From: Alphaproteobacteria bacterium
GTDB taxonomy: Bacteria > Pseudomonadota > Alphaproteobacteria > MPNO01 > UBA830
Reading direction: 5' to 3'
Length of the DNA stretch: 64,000 bases
NCBI GenBank assembly: GCA_964291215.2
Contig: OZ219790.1
Coordinates: 32,001 to 96,000, forward strand
A program made the translations under genes and the position numbers. Of this stretch, positions 1 to 9,397 are shown one piece after another (position 1 is the stretch's first letter; each line of letters starts with the position of its first letter). The notes beneath the pieces were generated by a model. That model saw nothing but the letters and a program-made list of their open reading frames with translations, was not told where the DNA came from and searched no databases.

Positions 1-1618
1 CGTTGCCGGCCCCGCCGTAGATCTCGTCATCGCCCCAGCTGCCGTCCAGGGTGTCGTCGCCGGCCCCGCCGTGGAGGATATCGTCGCCCCAGCTACCTTT
101 CAGGGTATCGTCGCCGGCCCCGCCGTGGAGGATATCGTCGCCCCAGCTACCTTTCAGGGTATCGTCGCCGGCATAGCCGTAGATGCATGCGTCCTCCCAG
201 AAGCCTCTCAGGGTGTCGGCGCCGCTGGTGCCGTGGAGAGTGACGACGCAGTCGTGAATGCCGTCGCTGAAGATGTTCCCGATATCGAGAGGGTTGCCGC
301 CGTCGTTGTCGTCATCCCTATCGTCCTCAACGTCGAGCGGACCATCGCCCGAAATGCCCGGGACCGTGTCCCCGCCGCCGTCATTGTTGGCATTCGGGTT
401 GCCGCCGTCGTTGTCGTCATCCCTATCGTCCTCAACGTCGAGCGGACCATCGCCCGAAATGCCCGGGACCGTGTCCCCGCCGCCGTCATTGTTGGCATTC
501 GGGTCGCCGCCGTCATTGTTGGCATTCGGGTCGCCGCCGTCGTTGTTGGCATTCGGATCGCCGCCGTCGTTGTCGCTCGTACTGGCGCCGTACACGACCG
601 TTTCACTGCCGCCAGCAGGCAGGATGAAGTCGTTCGCATCCAGGCTGTCTGCCGACACGCCCGACAGCGTGATGGTATCGCCGGCGTTGCCGTAGCGAAT
701 GACGGTATCGGCGCCGTCCTGCTCGATGACCAGCGCCTCGAACCCGCCGGTCACGCCATCAAGGCGGATCTCGTCGCCCGCCCCGAAATCGGTGATCGTG
801 TCGGCGCCGTCTCCTGCCTCGAACACGAAGGTGTCGTCGCCGCGGCCACCCGTCAGCGTATCGTCGCCCGCGCCGCCGATCAGCGTGTCGGAGCCCTTGC
901 CGCCCCTCAGCGTATCGTCGCCCGCGCCGCCTTTCAGCGTGTCGGAGCCCTTGCCGCCCCGAAGGGTGTCGCCGCCATCACCACCTGTCAGCGTGTCATC
1001 ATCCATGCCGCCCTTCAGGGTGATCCCGTCGCTGCCGCCCGTCTGCGTGCTCTCGCCGGGGCCCTTCGGCGCATCGCCGGACGTGCCGTCCGGCGGCGCA
1101 CTCTGTGCAAGAGCGTCCTCGTCGCCATCTTCTGGCGGAACCGTCTCCACGGGCAGAAACCGGAAGTCGTCCGCGCCCAGGGAGGTCGCCGTCACGTACT
1201 CCAGCGTGATCTTGTCGCCATCACCGTAGCGGATGACGGTATTGGAGCCTTCCTGCTCGATCACCAGATCCCCGAAACCGCCGGGCACGCCGGCGATCTC
1301 GATGATGTCGCCGGCCTCGAAACCGGTGATGCGGTCGGCGCCGTCCCCGACCGCGAACACGAAGGTGTCCGCCCCCATGCCGCCATAGAGGTAGTCGTTG
1401 CCTCGGCCGCCGGTCAGCGTGTCGTCGCCCTGACCGCCGAACAGGCTGTCGATGCCGTCACCCCCCTCGAGCGTGTCGTCCCCGTTGCCGCCATACAGCG
1501 TGTCGACACCGCCGCCGCCGGACAGCGTGTCGTCGCCAAGGCCGCCATCCAGCGTGTCATCGCCGATACCACCCGTCAGTGTGTCGTCGCCGGCCCCGCC
1601 GGTTTGCTCGATAGCCAT
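1..1618 (-). CDS. RTX/hemolysin-type Ca-binding repeat protein, 5' part; runs off the window, at least 539 aa
   Basis: Manual reverse translation from ATG 1618 (GGGAG RBS upstream) gives MAIEQTGGAGDDTLTGGIGDDTLDGGLGDDTLSGGGGVDTLYGGNGDD..., with many GGxGxDxL nonapeptides and two ...DTFVF.GDGAD.IT.F...DF modules. It is absent from the ORF track because there is no stop in the window; + ORF 71..2104 is its antisense shadow. Confidence 0.93.
   Translation of the reverse strand, partial: MAIEQTGGAGDDTLTGGIGDDTLDGGLGDDTLSGGGGVDTLYGGNGDDTLEGGDGIDSLFGGQGDDTLTGGRGNDYLYGGMGADTFVFAVGDGADRITGFEAGDIIEIAGVPGGFGDLVIEQEGSNTVIRYGDGDKITLEYVTATSLGADDFRFLPVETVPPEDGDEDALAQSAPPDGTSGDAPKGPGESTQTGGSDGITLKGGMDDDTLTGGDGGDTLRGGKGSDTLKGGAGDDTLRGGKGSDTLIGGAGDDTLTGGRGDDTFVFEAGDGADTITDFGAGDEIRLDGVTGGFEALVIEQDGADTVIRYGNAGDTITLSGVSADSLDANDFILPAGGSETVVYGASTSDNDGGDPNANNDGGDPNANNDGGDPNANNDGGGDTVPGISGDGPLDVEDDRDDDNDGGNPNANNDGGGDTVPGISGDGPLDVEDDRDDDNDGGNPLDIGNIFSDGIHDCVVTLHGTSGADTLRGFWEDACIYGYAGDDTLKGSWGDDILHGGAGDDTLKGSWGDDILHGGAGDDTLDGSWGDDEIYGGAGN
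291..572. repeat. Intragenic tandem repeats: 105-bp unit x2 plus 27-bp units (DPNANNDGG) x3-4
   Basis: Directly visible duplications, in frame within the RTX gene. Confidence 0.9.
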
Positions 1619-1652
1619 TGCAATACACTCCCGATTTCTTTCAAGGTGGTAC

Positions 1653-1681
1653 ATTCTACCCCCCCCCCCCCCCATCATCAA
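1653..1681 (-). promoter_or_regulatory. Sigma70-type promoter of the RTX gene with a G15 tract in the spacer
   Basis: Minus strand reads TTGATG-AT-G15-TAGAAT: exactly 17-bp spacer, about 35 bp upstream of the ATG. Confidence 0.72.
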
Positions 1682-1789
1682 GCAAGTCGAGAAATTTTTT
1701 TGCCTGTTCGACCGCAGGAGATGGTGGGCGGTCTTGTGTTCCGGCGTGTTCGGTTGTCCGGCTGCCGGGGTCCGGCGCACTTGACTGGC

Positions 1790-2026
1790 AGCAGGCGCGA
1801 CAGCGTTCCGCGCCGCCTCACGTTCCAACCCGCATCGTCCATGCTCTCAAGTTCGCCCGGGTGCGGCGGGTTCTACATCGGACCGACGCGATCGCCAGCA
1901 ACATCGTTCATGGTCATCGCTCCCTTTCTGTCAGCGACAGTCGATCAGGTCCACGGCCTCGCCGTCCTCGAAGCGGAACACCACGCGCCATTTGTCGGAA
2001 ACGCTACACTGGCCCGTACGGCCGCT
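1790..2026 (-). pseudogene. Degenerate higA/higB remnant, homologous to 8767-9040
   Basis: Long near-identical blocks shared with the intact higBA (e.g. agtcgatcaggtccacggcctcgccgtcctcgaagcggaacaccacgcgcca), with internal deletions. Confidence 0.85.
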
Positions 2027-2036
2027 GACGTTACAG

Positions 2037-2291
2037 GCCGGGCAAATGACGCTGCCGATGAACGGGACAGCGTACATTGCACCATTCCCTCGTGCTTCCT
2101 GTAGCGCCGCCCGGAAGCCGCGCGGCGGTTCGCAGGATTGTCTCTGCAAGTGCGCGGCGGGCGCTGCCGCTCAAGCGCCGCTCGGGCTGAATGCCGATGA
2201 CACAACGGCTTGCATCGCCCGACGGGTTGAGCGGTCAGGAAGCGCGATTGCAACACTCTTCTCGGCGTGGTGGTTTTCACACCCGACGCGC
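2037..2291 (+). repeat. Conserved non-coding element, copy 1 (copy 2 at about 9323-9575), upstream of the recombinase ORF
   Basis: Colinear high-identity match to copy 2; nested stems ccgctcaa/ttgagcgg (2167-2174/2227-2234) and tcgggc/gcccga (2182-2187/2217-2222). Confidence 0.85.
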
Positions 2292-2469
2292 CAAGGGCGC
2301 AAATCCCGCCAGCGCCCGCCATCGCATGAACGGGCAGAAACCCCTGTGACGACAGGGCCTTATGGCCCGTCCCGTCCCGCACCGCCGCGCGGCTTCCCCG
2401 ACGAAACGCCGCCGCGGCTGCTTCCTGCATTACCGCTCAGCCGCGCGGCCCGAACAGGGAGCCGCGATC

Positions 2470-4845
2470 ATGGCCGAAAGGTCCACCTTCGCCCGGCGCG
2501 TCCGCGCCGCCAAACCCCGAACAACGGGGTACGAAATCCGCGACGATGTCGTGAGCGGACTCGCGCTGACGATCCAGCCTACCGGAGTCCGGACCTTCTT
2601 CCTCGCCCGCATGGTGCGCGGGCGCAGGCGCTACGCCACCATCGGCAGCGCCGAGGCCATCCCAGAGGCGCGGCGCGAGGCCCGCAGGCTCATCGCCAGC
2701 TATCCGGCGAAGACGGACAACGGACCCCGCACGCCGGGACACCCGATGGACGCCTTCGCCGCCGAGTTCCTCGACCGGCAGGCCCGGCACTGGAAGCCCT
2801 GGACCCTGGAGACCAACGCCTGCATGGTCCGCAACCATATCCTGCCCGCCTTCGGTCATATGACCGTGGACGCCATCACGGTCGAACAGGTTCGGGACTG
2901 GTTCGCCTCCCTGAGCGACCGGCCCGGCATCGCCAACCGCGCCATGCCGGTGCTGTCCATGATGATGCGCATGGCCGAGCTCTGGGGATACCGCGCCCAT
3001 AACTCAAATCCCTGCAGTAACACCAGGCGATACCGGATGCAGGCGAAGGAGCGGTTCCTGACCGCCGACGAGATGGCCCGGCTCAACGCCGTGCTGACCC
3101 GCGACGAGTTCTGGTGCCCGCATATCGTCGCCGTCATTCGTTTGCTGATGCTGACCGGCTGCCGCTTCAGCGAGATCGCCTCCCTCGAATGGGACTGGAT
3201 CAGGGACAAGCGCATCCACCTTCCCGACTCGAAATCCGGGCCGCGCACGGTCTGGCTGTCGGACGCCGCGCGCGCCGTCATCGACGCCATCCCCCGATAT
3301 AGCGCGGATTGCCCCTATCTCTTTCCCGCCCGTCCGCCGACGCGGCCCATCGACAACATTGCCTTCCGGTGGGACCGCATCCGCAACGAGGCCGGATTGC
3401 CCGGACTGCGCCTTCATGACCTGCGGCATACGTGGGCCTCGGTCGCCGCCATGAACGACGTGGACATGGTGACCGTCGCCAGGCTGCTCGGTCACGCCCT
3501 GGTCGAGACCACCGAACGCTACGTCCATCTCTCCGACCAATCCGTCGCCGACGCCGCCGACCGGGTATCGAACCGCATCCATGCGGCCCTGGCCGGAAGG
3601 GAGGAAGGAAGCGGGCGGGCGCCCTGCGTCCGACCCAGGCTGACATCCATCCCAAGGGAGCCCTCGGCCATGTCCACATTTGACCTCACGCCGCGCCTTG
3701 CCCGCGAGGCCAGGTCCAACGGCAAGGACACCATCCTGTTCGACAGGACGCTCGCCGGTTTCGGGCTGCGTATCCATCCCTCGGGCCGCAAGGTCTGGAT
3801 CGTCCAGGCCCGCATCGAGGGGCGGAGCCGCCGTATCGTCATTGCCCGGCACGGCGAGATGGAGTTGGCCCAAGCCCGCCGCCGCGCCCGCGACATGCTC
3901 GCGCGCATCCGTGCGGGCGAGAACCCGGCCGACGACATCCGAAGTGAAAGGGAGACCCCGACCTTCCGGCAGTTCGCGAACGAGTATCTGCGGCGCTGCG
4001 AACCGCTCTGGAAGCCCTCCGGGCGCAGGACAGTGCGCATCTATCTCAAGGCCCGCATCCTGCCCGCTTTCGGCGGCATGCCGGTGGACCGTGTCGGACC
4101 CGAGGATGTCGCCGCGTGGTTCGACGCGGCGAGCAGGGACAAGCCCGGCGCGGCCAATCGCGCCTTCGAGATATTGCGCGCGATGATGTTCCGGGCCGAG
4201 GAATGGGGATTGCGCGAACGCGGCTCAAACCCCTGTCTCGGCATCGCCAGGAACCCGGCGAAGAAGGTTGCCCGGTTCCTCGACGCGGAAGAGCTGGCCC
4301 GGCTCGGGCGCGCGCTCGACGACCACCAGGACCGATGGCCCGAGGCCGTCGCCGCCATCCGCCTGCTGGCGCTTACCGGCTGCCGCCGCAGCGAGGTGCT
4401 CAACCTGCGCTGGCGCAACATTGGCGCGGACGCCTTGAACCTCGGCGATTCGAAAACCGGCCCGCGCGCCGTGCCGCTCGGCGAGGCCGCGCGGGCGCTC
4501 ATCGAGGCGCTGCCCGGCCTCCGCGACCAGGACGCGTTCCTGTTCCCGCGCCATGCCGAAGGCCGGGGCGCCAGCAGCCTCGCGACCTGCTGGCGCACGG
4601 TCTGCGAGGATGTCAGGCTCGGCAGGGTCCGCCTGCACGACCTGCGCCACACCGCAGCGAGCCACGCCGTCATGGCGGGCGAAAACCTGCCCCTGGTCGG
4701 CAAGCTGCTCGGCCACCGCAGGCATCGTACGACGGCAGGCTACGCCCACCTCGCCGATACCCATCTCGTCGAGGCGGCGGAAAAAGTCGGGAACATCATT
4801 GCGCAGGCGATGGCTTACAGCCATCGTTCGCAATCCTTGTCGTAA
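2470..4845 (+). CDS. Two tandem tyrosine recombinases (arm-binding + catalytic domain each) in one reading frame; the second unit has its own RBS and ATG at 3670
   Basis: Unit 1: GCRFSE, SKSG, HDLRH, LGH, TERY. Unit 2: GCRRSE, SKTG, HDLRH, LGH, TAGY. AGGGAG precedes both ATGs. Confidence 0.9.
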   Translation: MAERSTFARRVRAAKPRTTGYEIRDDVVSGLALTIQPTGVRTFFLARMVRGRRRYATIGSAEAIPEARREARRLIASYPAKTDNGPRTPGHPMDAFAAEFLDRQARHWKPWTLETNACMVRNHILPAFGHMTVDAITVEQVRDWFASLSDRPGIANRAMPVLSMMMRMAELWGYRAHNSNPCSNTRRYRMQAKERFLTADEMARLNAVLTRDEFWCPHIVAVIRLLMLTGCRFSEIASLEWDWIRDKRIHLPDSKSGPRTVWLSDAARAVIDAIPRYSADCPYLFPARPPTRPIDNIAFRWDRIRNEAGLPGLRLHDLRHTWASVAAMNDVDMVTVARLLGHALVETTERYVHLSDQSVADAADRVSNRIHAALAGREEGSGRAPCVRPRLTSIPREPSAMSTFDLTPRLAREARSNGKDTILFDRTLAGFGLRIHPSGRKVWIVQARIEGRSRRIVIARHGEMELAQARRRARDMLARIRAGENPADDIRSERETPTFRQFANEYLRRCEPLWKPSGRRTVRIYLKARILPAFGGMPVDRVGPEDVAAWFDAASRDKPGAANRAFEILRAMMFRAEEWGLRERGSNPCLGIARNPAKKVARFLDAEELARLGRALDDHQDRWPEAVAAIRLLALTGCRRSEVLNLRWRNIGADALNLGDSKTGPRAVPLGEAARALIEALPGLRDQDAFLFPRHAEGRGASSLATCWRTVCEDVRLGRVRLHDLRHTAASHAVMAGENLPLVGKLLGHRRHRTTAGYAHLADTHLVEAAEKVGNIIAQAMAYSHRSQSLS

Positions 4846-4890
4846 AGTCATGAAACTGTGTCCTGATCTACACGTTATGATACATTCGTC

Positions 4891-5703
4891 TTACCGAGGC
4901 AAGTCATAATACCAATTCACGTTCTGGGAGCTAACCATAACAACCCGATCCCAGAAGTCGAAATCCTGATCCCGGACAAACGACAATTCATGCTCCGAAA
5001 GCATCTGCATTGGCGCGAGGCAAACGTGGTCAACGAGAATAAGCCACCAGCTTTCATATGCTCCAATCTTTTTCTGTTCGCGAATTTTTTTCGACTTTTC
5101 ACGAATTATGTTTTGGGCGCTTATTTTCATTTCGTCAGCTACGATAATACCTTTCCCATCCGACACATTTGACACGAAGAACTTTTCCGGGCTATGAGGA
5201 ACCTCTGTCAGATCAAGGCAAATGCCGCATTCCAGACAGAGATGAGGATACCCAATCTCATCCAAACTTTGTTCGGCGTGCCTGCTGGAATCGAAGTGCC
5301 TTGCCCACATGCCTTTAATCACACTGTCGTCATATGGCTTCAAGAGTGGCTCCAGCGCATCCGATATTTGGGTTTTAACTGTCCTGCGATTTGGTAGCCG
5401 CACGGAGAAGTCGTACTCGCAATCGATGTTCCAACTCCGTCCTTCATTTCCGGGTGACCCAAGTTGCTCAATTGTTTTTTTGATCTGATCTGTCAGCGGT
5501 ATCCGTACCTCCTCTTCTCCCTTGGAATGGTTGTCAGAGCCACCGTTTATCCTTTGGTTTAGCCGAGTCACTTCCACCGCCAATTTCCCATCCACAACGA
5601 AATCAGGCGGATTGTTGCACTGCTTCCGAATATCACCGTATCCTTGGGCTTTCAACCACTTCTGGGCAATGACTTCATCGTCGTTTTGGCGCTGCCTGCT
5701 CAT
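4891..5703 (-). CDS. Low-GC hypothetical protein (270 aa), possible PD-(D/E)xK-like nuclease
   Basis: Starts MSRQRQNDDEV; motif PPDFVVDGKLAVEVTRL; visibly AT-richer than its flanks. Confidence 0.6.
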   Translation of the reverse strand: MSRQRQNDDEVIAQKWLKAQGYGDIRKQCNNPPDFVVDGKLAVEVTRLNQRINGGSDNHSKGEEEVRIPLTDQIKKTIEQLGSPGNEGRSWNIDCEYDFSVRLPNRRTVKTQISDALEPLLKPYDDSVIKGMWARHFDSSRHAEQSLDEIGYPHLCLECGICLDLTEVPHSPEKFFVSNVSDGKGIIVADEMKISAQNIIREKSKKIREQKKIGAYESWWLILVDHVCLAPMQMLSEHELSFVRDQDFDFWDRVVMVSSQNVNWYYDLPR

Positions 5704-5737
5704 TTCAAACTCCGTATTGCGGCCTGTTTTGCCCAAG

Positions 5738-8566
5738 TCACCTTGAGGCTGATCCGCGCACCCGATGCCTGGAGCGTCGTTTCGGTTGCCGGCGCATGAC
5801 AGTATCCAGAGGCACGCGCATGCTCTCATACAGCATGAACAGGTGCTCGACGCGTTCGCGCTCGGAGGAGAACCGCCTCTGCCGGTATAGCCGGTCCACC
5901 GCTCGGTCGAGGCGCGTGTGGGCGCGGCGGAGGGTTGGAGGCATGAGATCGGGGTCGTAGATGTCCGCCAGGGTTGCGTCCGGGTGGGCGGCACGGGCGT
6001 CGAGGACGGCCTGGGCCAGCGGCTCCAGATTCGACAACAGGTCCGCCTCGCCGGAAGCGAAGCCGGGCGGGGTCGGGAAGGTGTTATAGACGAGACCGAT
6101 GGAATAACGGTAATCGCTCTTGAGCCGCCCACCGACATGGCGCAACCATGCCATGTGCATCGCCGAGGTGAGCAGTGCGAAGTCGGTCAGGGTCGCGTTT
6201 TCCAGAACGCGGACGAGGTTGCTGGGAATCGTTGGAGGCTCCAGCCAGCCGATGGGCGCGTATTCTCGCCGCTCCGAACTGACCTCGGGGATCACCAGGA
6301 ACGGCGAGGTGGGGATGACGTTGACATGGTAGAGCGTCGGTGTCGTCGCGAGTTTGCGTGTCGGCGCGCTCTTGCTGGCCTCGCGGTAGGAGCGAACGGC
6401 AGCGATCCGCTTACGGACGCGCGGCAACTGCGCCAGCACCCCGGGCGATGTGTCTTGCAAGGCCAGAATCCACCGCTCGCCGCCTTGCAGATACTCGCGA
6501 GCGCCGACATAGGGGCGCAAATATGGCGCGGCGTCCGGTTCCGCTTCCAATAGTTCGGCGCGTTCCGCCGCGTCGAAGATGTAGTTGCCGCCGTCAATGG
6601 GCTTGGAGCCGATGATCAGTCGTCCCATCCCGTTGATCGGCGCGCTTTCCTCCCGCACCACCAGATGCGGGTCCGACAGCCCGCCCGCATCGAACAGATA
6701 GGGTGACAGCGCCCCGTGGCGGCTTTCCTCCGGGTCGCCGCTGATGTCGGGATAGCTGAACAGGCGCTTTTCGGCCGGCGCGTCCTCCCGGCGGTCGAGG
6801 CCGAGGATGACGACATGCACATGCGCCCTGCCGCGCGCATCCGATCCCCATGCGAAGGTCCGGTGCGCGAACGCAATCTCCAGCTTGCCGCGCCCGAACA
6901 GCACCGGCCATAGCTGCGCGACCTGCTCGCCCTGGGTGATCGAGTTGGTCGCGACGAAGCCGACCCGGGCTTCGCCGCCCTGCACATACTTCCCTGCCTT
7001 GATGAACCATGCGGCGACATAATCGAGCGTGCCGCCGCTCTTGCCGAGGGCCGCGACCCCGCGCACCTGCGCACGCTGATCCGGCGTCTGGTACTTCGCG
7101 CCGACGAACGGCGGATTGCCCAGCACGAACGAACACTCGCCCGGCGGCAGCAATTCGGACCAGTCGGTTTCCAGCGCGTCGCCGTGGACGATCTGCGGCG
7201 ACTTCTCGAGCGGGATACGCGCGTAGCTCCGGCCGAACTCCAGACTCAGCCGGTTGTTCATGATGTGGTCCATCATCCACAACGCGGTCTCCGCGATCCG
7301 GGTCGGGAACTCGCCAAGCTCGATCCCGTGAAACTGGTCCACCTCCACCACCGACTGCCATGCGGTGTCGAGCACTGCCTGCCCGGTCGCCGCCGTCGCC
7401 TCCCGAATCTCGCGAATGACCTCGATTTCCAGCAGCCGCAATTCCCGGTAGGCGATGATGAGGAAGTTGCCGCAGCCGCACGCCGGGTCGAAAAACGTCA
7501 GGCGGCCGAGCTTCGCCTGGAACTGGCGCAGCGCCGCGAGGCGGCCCCGGCGCGCTTTCACCCGCCCGAACTCCGCGCGCAGGTCGTCCATGAACAGCGG
7601 CTCCATCACCTTGAGGATGTTCTTCTCGGTCGTGTAGTGCGCCCCTTGGGCGCGGCGCTCCGCCGGGTCCATCACCGACTGGAACAGCGCACCGAAGATC
7701 GCGGGAGAGATGTTCGACCAGTCGAAGCGGCAGGCGTCCAGCAACGCCCCGCGCATCGCCGTGTCGAACGAGAAGGTCCGCAGATGCCCCTCGAACAGGT
7801 CGCCGTTGACATAGGGAAAACGCGCCAGGTCCTCGTCGAGCGTCGCAGCGCGCTCGTCCTCCGGCGTATCGAGCACCTCGAACAGTTGCGCGAGCCACGG
7901 TCCGAGATCGGCCCCGTCCTCGCCGGTGCGCGTTTCGATGAAGTCGAGGAAGATGTCGCGCGGCTCGAACACCCCGGTGTCGTCGGCGAACATGCAAAAC
8001 ACTACCCGCACAAGGAAGCGTTCCAGATCGTGGCCCCCGTGTCCGGCACCGGCGAGCGCGTCGTGCAGCCGCCCGACCAGCTCGGCGGCTTCGATGTTCG
8101 CCGGGTCCTGGTCCCGGAACGTCCGGCGCTGCACGCCCAGGATGAAGCCGAACGACTCGACATGCGCGGGCAGGTCCGCCAGCGGGAAGACAACGGTCCC
8201 CCGCTCGTCGAGATCATGAAGCTCGAAGGTCCGGAAGTCGCTCACCAGGATGAAGCGCGGGCGCTCGCGGTCCGGCAGCGCGTCGAAATACTCCCCGGCC
8301 TGTTCGTACGCTCTCCGGAGATCGCGCCCGGCGCTCTTCTGCTCGACGATGAGCACGCCCGGCCAGAACAGGTCGATGAAGCCCGAACGGTTGTCCAGCT
8401 TGGAGACGTGCTGCTCGTAGCGCGCGACGTTGCGCCGCCGCACGCCGAACACGTCGAAGAAGGCGTTGTAGAAGCTCTGCGTCTCGCCCTTCTCATAGGC
8501 CGCATCGCACCACTCTTCGGCGAAGGCCGCCGCCCGCGCCCGCACCTCGTTCCACGACAGACGCAT
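5738..8566 (-). CDS. MmeI-like type IIL/IIG restriction-modification enzyme (N6-adenine MTase with N-terminal nuclease)
   Basis: MRLSWNEVRARAAAFAEEW start, IDLFWPG..EQKS nuclease motif, FDPACGCGNF, GNPPF; 942 aa. Confidence 0.9.
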   Translation of the reverse strand: MRLSWNEVRARAAAFAEEWCDAAYEKGETQSFYNAFFDVFGVRRRNVARYEQHVSKLDNRSGFIDLFWPGVLIVEQKSAGRDLRRAYEQAGEYFDALPDRERPRFILVSDFRTFELHDLDERGTVVFPLADLPAHVESFGFILGVQRRTFRDQDPANIEAAELVGRLHDALAGAGHGGHDLERFLVRVVFCMFADDTGVFEPRDIFLDFIETRTGEDGADLGPWLAQLFEVLDTPEDERAATLDEDLARFPYVNGDLFEGHLRTFSFDTAMRGALLDACRFDWSNISPAIFGALFQSVMDPAERRAQGAHYTTEKNILKVMEPLFMDDLRAEFGRVKARRGRLAALRQFQAKLGRLTFFDPACGCGNFLIIAYRELRLLEIEVIREIREATAATGQAVLDTAWQSVVEVDQFHGIELGEFPTRIAETALWMMDHIMNNRLSLEFGRSYARIPLEKSPQIVHGDALETDWSELLPPGECSFVLGNPPFVGAKYQTPDQRAQVRGVAALGKSGGTLDYVAAWFIKAGKYVQGGEARVGFVATNSITQGEQVAQLWPVLFGRGKLEIAFAHRTFAWGSDARGRAHVHVVILGLDRREDAPAEKRLFSYPDISGDPEESRHGALSPYLFDAGGLSDPHLVVREESAPINGMGRLIIGSKPIDGGNYIFDAAERAELLEAEPDAAPYLRPYVGAREYLQGGERWILALQDTSPGVLAQLPRVRKRIAAVRSYREASKSAPTRKLATTPTLYHVNVIPTSPFLVIPEVSSERREYAPIGWLEPPTIPSNLVRVLENATLTDFALLTSAMHMAWLRHVGGRLKSDYRYSIGLVYNTFPTPPGFASGEADLLSNLEPLAQAVLDARAAHPDATLADIYDPDLMPPTLRRAHTRLDRAVDRLYRQRRFSSERERVEHLFMLYESMRVPLDTVMRRQPKRRSRHRVRGSASR

Positions 8567-8603
8567 CAGTCAGACCCGACCGCACCGACGGCGGAAGCCT
8601 CGA

Positions 8604-8927
8604 TCATGCGTACAACGCACCCGCACGCCGTCCGGCGGCAACCCGGTCCCGGCGCGCCTGTGCAAGCTCGTAGCTCGCCTGCATCCGCATCCAGTGTTCG
8701 GCGGTTCCCCAGCCGATATCCTCCAGCGCCAGCGCCATTTTGGCCGACACCCCCGCCTTGCCGTTCAGCAGGCGCGACAGCGTTCCGCGCTCGCAACCGA
8801 GCCGAGCCGCCGTACCGGTCACGTTCCAGCCCACATCGTCCATGCTCTCGCGGATCAGTTCGCCCAGGTGCGGCGGGTTCCGCATCGGACCGACGCGCTC
8901 GTTTTCAATGTCGTTCATGGTCAGCAC
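8604..8927 (-). CDS. higA: HigA-family antitoxin (HTH)
   Basis: MRNPPHLGELIRE...LSRLLNGKAGVSAKMALAL...W.RMQASYEL. Confidence 0.9.
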   Translation of the reverse strand: MLTMNDIENERVGPMRNPPHLGELIRESMDDVGWNVTGTAARLGCERGTLSRLLNGKAGVSAKMALALEDIGWGTAEHWMRMQASYELAQARRDRVAAGRRAGALYA

Positions 8928-8936
8928 CCCATTCGG

Positions 8937-9203
8937 TCAGTGATAGTCGATCAGGTCCACGGCCTCGCCGTCCTCGAAGCGGAACACCACGCGCCAGTTG
9001 CCCGAGACGCGGACGCTCCACTGGCCCGCACGACCGCCCTTCAGGGGATGCAGCCGGAAGCCCGGCGCGTCGGCGCTGCCCGGATGCGTTGCCTCTTGCA
9101 GCCGAAACAGGATGCGCTTCAGTCGTGGCGCGAGAGTAGCAGGCACCCGTACGGGATTGTCCCGCTCGTGCAGCGCCCGCAATCCCTTGTGCCTGATCTT
9201 CAT
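8937..9203 (-). CDS. higB: HigB/RelE-family toxin
   Basis: RHKGL...PGFRLHPLKG...WSVRVSGNWRVVFRFEDG...DYH; lies upstream of higA. Confidence 0.9.
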   Translation of the reverse strand: MKIRHKGLRALHERDNPVRVPATLAPRLKRILFRLQEATHPGSADAPGFRLHPLKGGRAGQWSVRVSGNWRVVFRFEDGEAVDLIDYH

Positions 9204-9208
9204 GATTG

Positions 9209-9237
9209 ACTATGGCGCGCCACGCCACGCGCCGCAA
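9209..9237 (-). promoter_or_regulatory. Putative higBA promoter with a palindromic operator; near-leaderless transcript
   Basis: TTGCGG-N17-CATAGT ends 5 nt before the ATG; inverted repeat ggcgcg-N8-cgcgcc spans the spacer. Confidence 0.5.
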
Positions 9238-9362
9238 GCATCCGCCGCGTCGTCGCGTTCAGCGGCAATGCTGCGGAGCGGTAGCGGGAGCGTCCGGGCC
9301 CGCACCACCGCCGACGGCGCAGACCGGGCGAATGACGCTACCGATGAACGGGACTTCGCGCA

Positions 9363-9391
9363 TTGCATCGTTCCCTCGTGCTTCCTATAGT
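9363..9391 (+). promoter_or_regulatory. Sigma70-type promoter inside the conserved non-coding repeat
   Basis: TTGCAT-N17-TATAGT; the copy-1 counterpart TTGCAC-N17-TGTAGC at 2077-2105 is degenerate. Confidence 0.6.
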
Positions 9392-9397
9392 GCCGCT

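Noticed and set aside
291-572. Repeats resembling a CRISPR array
   Set aside because: In-frame tandem coding repeats with no unique spacers, and no cas genes in the window.
71-2104. 677-aa + strand ORF
   Set aside because: Antisense shadow of the RTX gene; its Val/Ala-rich repeats mirror GGxGxD codons.
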